Assembly: GCA_965223005.1 (NCBI GenBank)
Contig: CBDCVK010000010.1
Coordinates: 1,472,001 to 1,536,000, forward strand
DNA: 64,000 nucleotides
Direction: 5' to 3'
Source of the DNA: Terriglobia bacterium
GTDB lineage: Bacteria > Acidobacteriota > Terriglobia > JAJPHL01 > JAPKYU01
The first letter of the stretch is position 1, and each line of letters starts with the position of its first letter. Positions 60,389 through 64,000 of the stretch are shown piece by piece. The position numbers were made by a program, and so were the translations under genes. The notes below the pieces were generated by a model. The model searched no databases and had not been told where the DNA came from. It saw only the letters and a list, made by a program, of their open reading frames with translations.

Positions 60389-61732
60389 ATGTTGCGACTC
60401 TACCTTTTGATCGTCTGCTTGCTGGCGGGGCCAGTCGCGGCTGCTCGGGAAAAAGAGTCGCTGGAAAGCTACCAGCGCCGCCGGACGGCCCTCTCCTCGA
60501 AACTCAATGATGGAATCACAGTCGTCTTCGCTTACGAGGAGCCGGAGGGCCCGTCGGCCACTCTCGGTTTCCGACAGAACGAAAATTTTTACTATTTGAC
60601 CGGCATCGCTGGGCCAGGGGGCATCCTGGTACTGGTGCCGCGGCTGACGGACCGCTCTTCGCCGCACTCTGCCAAGGCAGACAAGTTTCCCCGCGAGATT
60701 TTGTTCCTGCCACCCCGCGATCCGAAACAGGAGCGCTGGACCGGCCCTAAGCTCGGCCCCCGAGATCCGGACGCGCGCCAGCGCACCGGGTTTCAGACGG
60801 TGCTCAGCCAGAAAGTCTTCGAGCAAGAGCTTCTGCGGCTGCTGCCCGCCTACGGCGTGCTCTATACAGTGCTCCCCTCAGGCCATAACAGGGGGAATCG
60901 CAGCTTCGAGCACGACCGCTCGAATCGCCTGAAGACGCTGGCGCCATTCGCCAAAATCCGCGATGCCGGGCCCGAGATTGCGAGCCTGCGTCAGGTGAAA
61001 TCCAAGAGCGAACTGGCGCTGTTGGAGAAGGCCACAGACGCTTCGATGGAGGCGCACCGGGAGGCGATGCAGGCTGTGCGCTCAGGGATCTACGAATACG
61101 AAATCGCGGCCCTGATGAAGTACGTCTTTGAGCGGCTAGGCTGTGAGCGGCCTGCCTTTGCCCCGATTGTCGGCTCCGGGTTCAACTCCACCGTGCTGCA
61201 CTACAACGCCAACACGCGACGCATGCAGGCCGGCGACCTGGTGGTTCTGGACGTGGGTGGTGAGTATGGCGGCTACGCGGCTGATATCACACGCACCTTG
61301 CCGGTCTCGGGCAAGTTCACCAGGCGGCAGCGCGAGATTTATGAAATCGTGCTCGGGGCGCAGAAGGCGGCTATCGCCGCCGTCAAGCCGGGTGTGACCA
61401 TCGGTCGCAAGACGCGGAACAGCATTTACAGGATTGCCTATGACTACCTGGACAGTCACGGCAAGGACCGGAATGGGCACCGTCTGGGCAAGTATTTTAT
61501 CCACGGTGTTGGCCATCATCTGGGACTGAACGTTCACGACCCCGGTGATGTGGGCCGGCCTCTGGAGCCGGGCATGGTGATTACCGTCGAGCCCGGCATC
61601 TACATCCCTGAGGAGAACCTCGGAGTGCGTATCGAAGACGTGGTTTTGGTCACCAAAGACGGCGCCCGCGTGCTGACCGAGGCCCTCCCGCGCGAGGCCG
61701 ACGCCATCGAGCGCGCCATGGTCCAACAATGA
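60389..61732 (+). CDS. pepP: Exported Xaa-Pro aminopeptidase (M24B)
   Basis: FRQNENFYYLTG, R.VKS..E, LHY, D.G...GY.ADITRT, HG.GH..GL.VHD, EPGIY, G.RIED. Confidence 0.93.
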   Translation: MLRLYLLIVCLLAGPVAAAREKESLESYQRRRTALSSKLNDGITVVFAYEEPEGPSATLGFRQNENFYYLTGIAGPGGILVLVPRLTDRSSPHSAKADKFPREILFLPPRDPKQERWTGPKLGPRDPDARQRTGFQTVLSQKVFEQELLRLLPAYGVLYTVLPSGHNRGNRSFEHDRSNRLKTLAPFAKIRDAGPEIASLRQVKSKSELALLEKATDASMEAHREAMQAVRSGIYEYEIAALMKYVFERLGCERPAFAPIVGSGFNSTVLHYNANTRRMQAGDLVVLDVGGEYGGYAADITRTLPVSGKFTRRQREIYEIVLGAQKAAIAAVKPGVTIGRKTRNSIYRIAYDYLDSHGKDRNGHRLGKYFIHGVGHHLGLNVHDPGDVGRPLEPGMVITVEPGIYIPEENLGVRIEDVVLVTKDGARVLTEALPREADAIERAMVQQ

Positions 61733-61815
61733 AGGCCGGCCCGGAGGGGGCAGCCCGGTCTCGGTTGGCAAAACTTAGTGGTTCCGGCTGTGGCTCTCAA
61801 GTGCAGAGGGTATTC

Positions 61816-61851
61816 AAAAAATTCGGCCCCGGAGTTGCAACCTCCGGGGCC
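61816..61851 (-). terminator. Intrinsic terminator (possibly bidirectional with pepP)
   Basis: GGCCCCGGAG-N7-CTCCGGGGCC then GAATTTTTT on the minus strand. Confidence 0.8.
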
Positions 61852-61956
61852 ATATCCTTTTCTACTTCCCCTCCCACCGAGAGGAAAGCCATCTTTCCCA
61901 CCCAATCGCAACTCCACCTCGCGGGGGCCACCAAGCAGGGCACGAGCTAATCTTGC
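61816..61956 (-). ncRNA. Candidate sigma54-dependent small RNA
   Basis: Bounded by a sigma54-type promoter and a terminator; no credible ORF; several small hairpins and four GGTGG motifs. Confidence 0.6.
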
Positions 61957-61966
61957 CTTCTATCTG

Positions 61967-62009
61967 AGCAATCAGGATGCCAGCCCGGCTTTCAGCTAAG
62001 TACTTGAAA
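61967..62009 (-). promoter_or_regulatory. Sigma54 -24/-12 promoter plus IHF-like site
   Basis: TGGCATC-CTGA-TTGCT at 61982-61967; TTTCAAGTACTTA at 62009-61997 with an AT tract. Confidence 0.75.
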
Positions 62010-62126
62010 ATAAACTATAAAGTGGAATTTTCCATTTGGCAAGAATACAAAAATCCGTAGAAGCCAGCCGGCCCTCCAAATTCCCGTATTAGTTGTAGTA
62101 GCGCTCGGGGCCCAAGCTTGTCTTTG

Positions 62127-62273
62127 TCACCGGTCTCGCTCAGTGGCCTGGCTCAGCCGGCGACGCACGTGGTCGGTCATGATGCCGTCTTTGGTCTCCT
62201 GATCGCTGGCAACAACGGGAACAGCACAAGGCATCAGAATCAGCAAGCAAACAAGGAGGCGTAGTATGATCAC
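62127..62273 (-). pseudogene. Truncated exported BON-domain-like gene
   Basis: GTGA overlap with the era stop; MIILRLLVCLLILMPCAVPVVA signal then DGIMTDHVRRRL (BON first helix-like); stops after 48 aa. Confidence 0.45.
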
Positions 62274-63223
62274 AGCGTCAACGGCCCTTCGTCGGAATCG
62301 CTTTTCTCTTCCCCCACCATGCTGCGCCAGTCAATAGCCTGCAAGAACCGCGGGCTTTCGCGCCAGCCAGGACGCACCTTCACGAACAGCTCCAGGTAGA
62401 CCCTCAGGCCGAACAGTTTCTCAAGCTCCTCGCGGGCCCGGGTGCCGATCTTCTTCAGCTTTTCGCCGCGGGCCCCGATCATGATCCCCTTCTGGCCGCC
62501 ACGCTCGACGTAGACGGTGGCGTGAATGCGAAGCAGGCCGGGCTTCTCCTCGAAGCTGTCCACCAGCACCATCGTCGCGTAGGGCAATTCCTGGCGAGTC
62601 AGCAGGATGACCTTTTCCCGGACGATCTCGCCAGCCAGGAAGCGAGCGGGCTGATCGGTGAGGTGGTCCGAAGGGAAGTACTGGGGACCCTCCGGCAGGG
62701 TGACGATAATCCGTTCAACCAGCGTCTCCAGGCCGTCGCCGGTGAGCGCGGAAGTGAAAAGGAATTCAGCAAAATCATGCCGCTGGCGATACTGTTCCAT
62801 CAGCGGAAGCAGGATGCGCTTGTCGGAGAGCAGATCAATCTTGTTCAGTAGCAGGAAGCTGGGCTGGCCGGTCTTCTTCATCAGCTCCAGGGCGTACTGG
62901 TCGCCACGGCCGAAGGCGCGGGTGGCGTCCGCCAGTAGCAGCAGCAGATCACACCCCTGAAGCGCCTCGCGTACCTCGGCCATCATCCTCTGGTTGATCC
63001 GGCTGTCGGGTTTGTGGATGCCGGGGGTATCCAGGAAGATGATCTGCGCGCTAGGTCGGTTCACGACGCCCTGGATACGGTTGCGTGTGGTCTGCGGCTT
63101 GTCCGTGACGATGGCGATCTTGGAGCCGATCAGAGCGTTCAGCAGAGTGGACTTGCCAGCGTTGGGGCGGCCCAGGATCGAAATAAACCCGGAAGCAAAA
63201 CGGCCCTGCGGCACCGCCTTCAT
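62270..63223 (-). CDS. era: GTPase Era
   Basis: GRPNAGKST, KPQTTR, DTPG, NKID, SA..G, KH domain (QKGIMIG..G..LK.IG). Confidence 0.97.
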   Translation of the reverse strand: MKAVPQGRFASGFISILGRPNAGKSTLLNALIGSKIAIVTDKPQTTRNRIQGVVNRPSAQIIFLDTPGIHKPDSRINQRMMAEVREALQGCDLLLLLADATRAFGRGDQYALELMKKTGQPSFLLLNKIDLLSDKRILLPLMEQYRQRHDFAEFLFTSALTGDGLETLVERIIVTLPEGPQYFPSDHLTDQPARFLAGEIVREKVILLTRQELPYATMVLVDSFEEKPGLLRIHATVYVERGGQKGIMIGARGEKLKKIGTRAREELEKLFGLRVYLELFVKVRPGWRESPRFLQAIDWRSMVGEEKSDSDEGPLTL

Positions 63224-63228
63224 CGCCT

Positions 63229-64000
63229 TTATCCTGGGACCGACGACGGCTTCTCGGTGTCGGCAGGACGCATGGAAATGCGGAGGCGATCGACCTTGAG
63301 GCCATTGGCAGCCAGGACCTCAAAGCGCAGCCCGTTGTGATCGAAGACCTCGCCGGGCTGCGGCACATGGCCGGCCAGCGCATTGACCAGGCCGGCCACC
63401 GTGGCCACCTCAGCCGGCGTCTCGGGTCGCACGCCGAACAATTCCTCCAGCCGGTCGATATCTGCATGGCCAGCCACGAGGTAAGAATTGTTTCCTTCAG
63501 CCACCACTTCGCCCGGCGTTTCGGTCTCGTCGTGAATTTCGCCCACGATCTCCTCGACCAGATCTTCCATAGTGGCCACGCCGGCCACCGAGCCATATTC
63601 GTCAATCACCACGGCCATGTGGATGTTCTGTTGCTGCATCTCGCGGAACAGCTCGGCCACCGGCTTGGTTTCCGGCGCGAATAGGACCGGTCGGAGCCGC
63701 TTGCCGGCTCGGATGCGCTTCAGCTCCTGGTCCTCCAGTTGGATGATCTCCCGGGTGTAGACGAAGCCTTCGATGTTGTCTAGGTCGCCGGAGTACACCG
63801 GGACGCGGGAGTAGTGCTTGGTCTCGATCGTCCGCAGCAAATCCTCCAGCGTGACGTTTTTTTCCACGGCTACAATGTTCGGACGCGCGGTCATAGCCTC
63901 GCGCACGGTCTTGTCGCCGAACTCCATCACCGATTGGATCAGCCGCCGGTCTCCCTCCTCGATCAGCCCCGTTTCCTCGCCGCGCTCGATCAGCGCTTCA
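63229..64000 (-). CDS. Hemolysin/CorC-family CBS-domain protein (5' end outside window)
   Basis: VREAMT.R, YSRVPVY, MAVVIDEYG...G.AT.ED..EEIVGEI.DE, CorC_HlyC domain. Confidence 0.93.
   Translation of the reverse strand, partial: EALIERGEETGLIEEGDRRLIQSVMEFGDKTVREAMTARPNIVAVEKNVTLEDLLRTIETKHYSRVPVYSGDLDNIEGFVYTREIIQLEDQELKRIRAGKRLRPVLFAPETKPVAELFREMQQQNIHMAVVIDEYGSVAGVATMEDLVEEIVGEIHDETETPGEVVAEGNNSYLVAGHADIDRLEELFGVRPETPAEVATVAGLVNALAGHVPQPGEVFDHNGLRFEVLAANGLKVDRLRISMRPADTEKPSSVPG

Noticed and set aside
61600-61917. 105-aa minus-strand ORF over the candidate sRNA
   Set aside because: It runs through a strong terminator and antisense into pepP, and has no RBS or recognisable motif

Overview
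A GC-rich bacterial chromosome segment, most likely Acidobacteriota (inferred from two TIGR03437/Soli_cterm-type proteins, lineage-typical hypothetical proteins and gene order). The core genes are alr, yacL-ispD-ispF, mqnA-mqnC, a lysine/DAP cluster (M20, asd, lysC, dapB, dapA, dapD), aguB-aguA, hemY-hemD, amtB-glnK plus a porin-like gene, glgP, a dksA-like gene, comF, GT-C and GT2 glycosyltransferases, pepP, era and a CBS/CorC gene. A ~14 kb minus-strand unit runs ECF sigma, anti-sigma, an exported protein, gspE-F-G-H-I-J-K-L-M-C-D and a four-helix-bundle gene, followed by an S-layer-like gene and a TIGR03437 fragment. The best leads are: (1) an unannotated ~140-nt sigma54-type transcription unit (promoter, IHF-like site, terminator, repeated GGUGG motifs) at 61.8-62.0 kb, a candidate sRNA; (2) a four-helix-bundle gene enclosed by complementary 7-mer arrays, with related arrays in other operon junctions and leader peptides; (3) the ECF-linked T2SS next to candidate surface substrates. 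Several single-base indels (asd, a small Lys-rich gene, the four-helix gene, the S-layer-like gene) suggest assembly errors, especially at 29.7-34.5 kb. No rRNA, tRNA, CRISPR array or transposase was seen. All family assignments come from motif recognition by eye, not from database searches.
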